Source of the DNA: Lama glama
Taxonomy: Eukaryota
Direction: 5' to 3'
DNA length: 64,000 nt
Assembly: GCA_028534125.1 (NCBI GenBank)
Contig: CM052816.1
Span: forward strand, 34,722,001-34,786,000
Part shown: piece after piece, positions 63,737-64,000 of the stretch
Layout of the letters: each line of letters opens with the position of its first letter
Position numbering within the stretch: position 1 is the first letter of the stretch
Notes under the pieces: generated by a model
What the model was told of the DNA's origin: nothing
What the model saw: only the letters and a program-made list of their open reading frames with translations
Databases searched by the model: none
Position numbers and translations under genes: made by a program

Positions 63737-64000
63737 TGTAACCAAGCAGGCCCTTGTGGAGCCTTCCCAGGACAGACCCCCTCCTCCATTTCCTCTGCTG
63801 TAGCTCCTCTCTGAAGTACCCAGATAATAGTATCATGTGTATTTACTAAGTTTTTCTGATACTTAAAACTACCACCAAAGAAAAGAAATTAACTACTTGA
63901 TGATAGAGAGCACAAGGCTCCCAGACCTTCTGGCACCTAGGGGCTGATAGTGTTGACCACCCTGTTACCTCAGCATCAGCCAGTCAGAGAACTGTGCACG
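63737..64000 (+). mobile_element. ERV LTR (ERV1-like) interrupting the L1, truncated by the window end
   Basis: L1 text stops abruptly at cattgtagttc and tgtaaccaagcagg begins; sequence is LTR-like. Confidence 0.65.

Overview
This is mammalian, not prokaryotic, DNA: AT-rich, CpG-depleted and roughly half made of interspersed repeats. The likely source is a camelid (alpaca, llama or camel). Two tRNA-Ala(AGC)-derived SINEs match the camelid Vic-1 type, young camelid-type L1 3' ends are present, and I saw no Alu, Bov-tA, PRE-1 or CanSINE copies. The window looks intronic or intergenic. I could not identify any protein-coding exon with confidence; the ORFs I could recognise are decayed L1 ORF2 pieces and the rest look like chance ORFs. 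Repeats include L1 of several ages, L2, MIR, MaLR/ERVL/ERV LTRs, MER5 and Tigger5/MER47. Family names come from recalled consensus sequences and need RepeatMasker/Dfam confirmation; boundaries are approximate unless a target-site duplication (TSD) is given. The best observations are TSD-delimited atypical retrotransposition products: a tailless 5'-half tRNA-Gly(TCC) insertion (24045-24083), an L1 3' transduction of about 230 bp of foreign DNA (18554-19057), a roughly 600-bp mini-L1 made only of 5'UTR plus 3' end (35687-36289), and an internally deleted L1 that keeps both termini (4771-8132). Several unique segments carry regulatory-motif clusters and candidate minus-strand splice sites that may belong to an unidentified host gene. 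I found no support for a novel multi-gene system.
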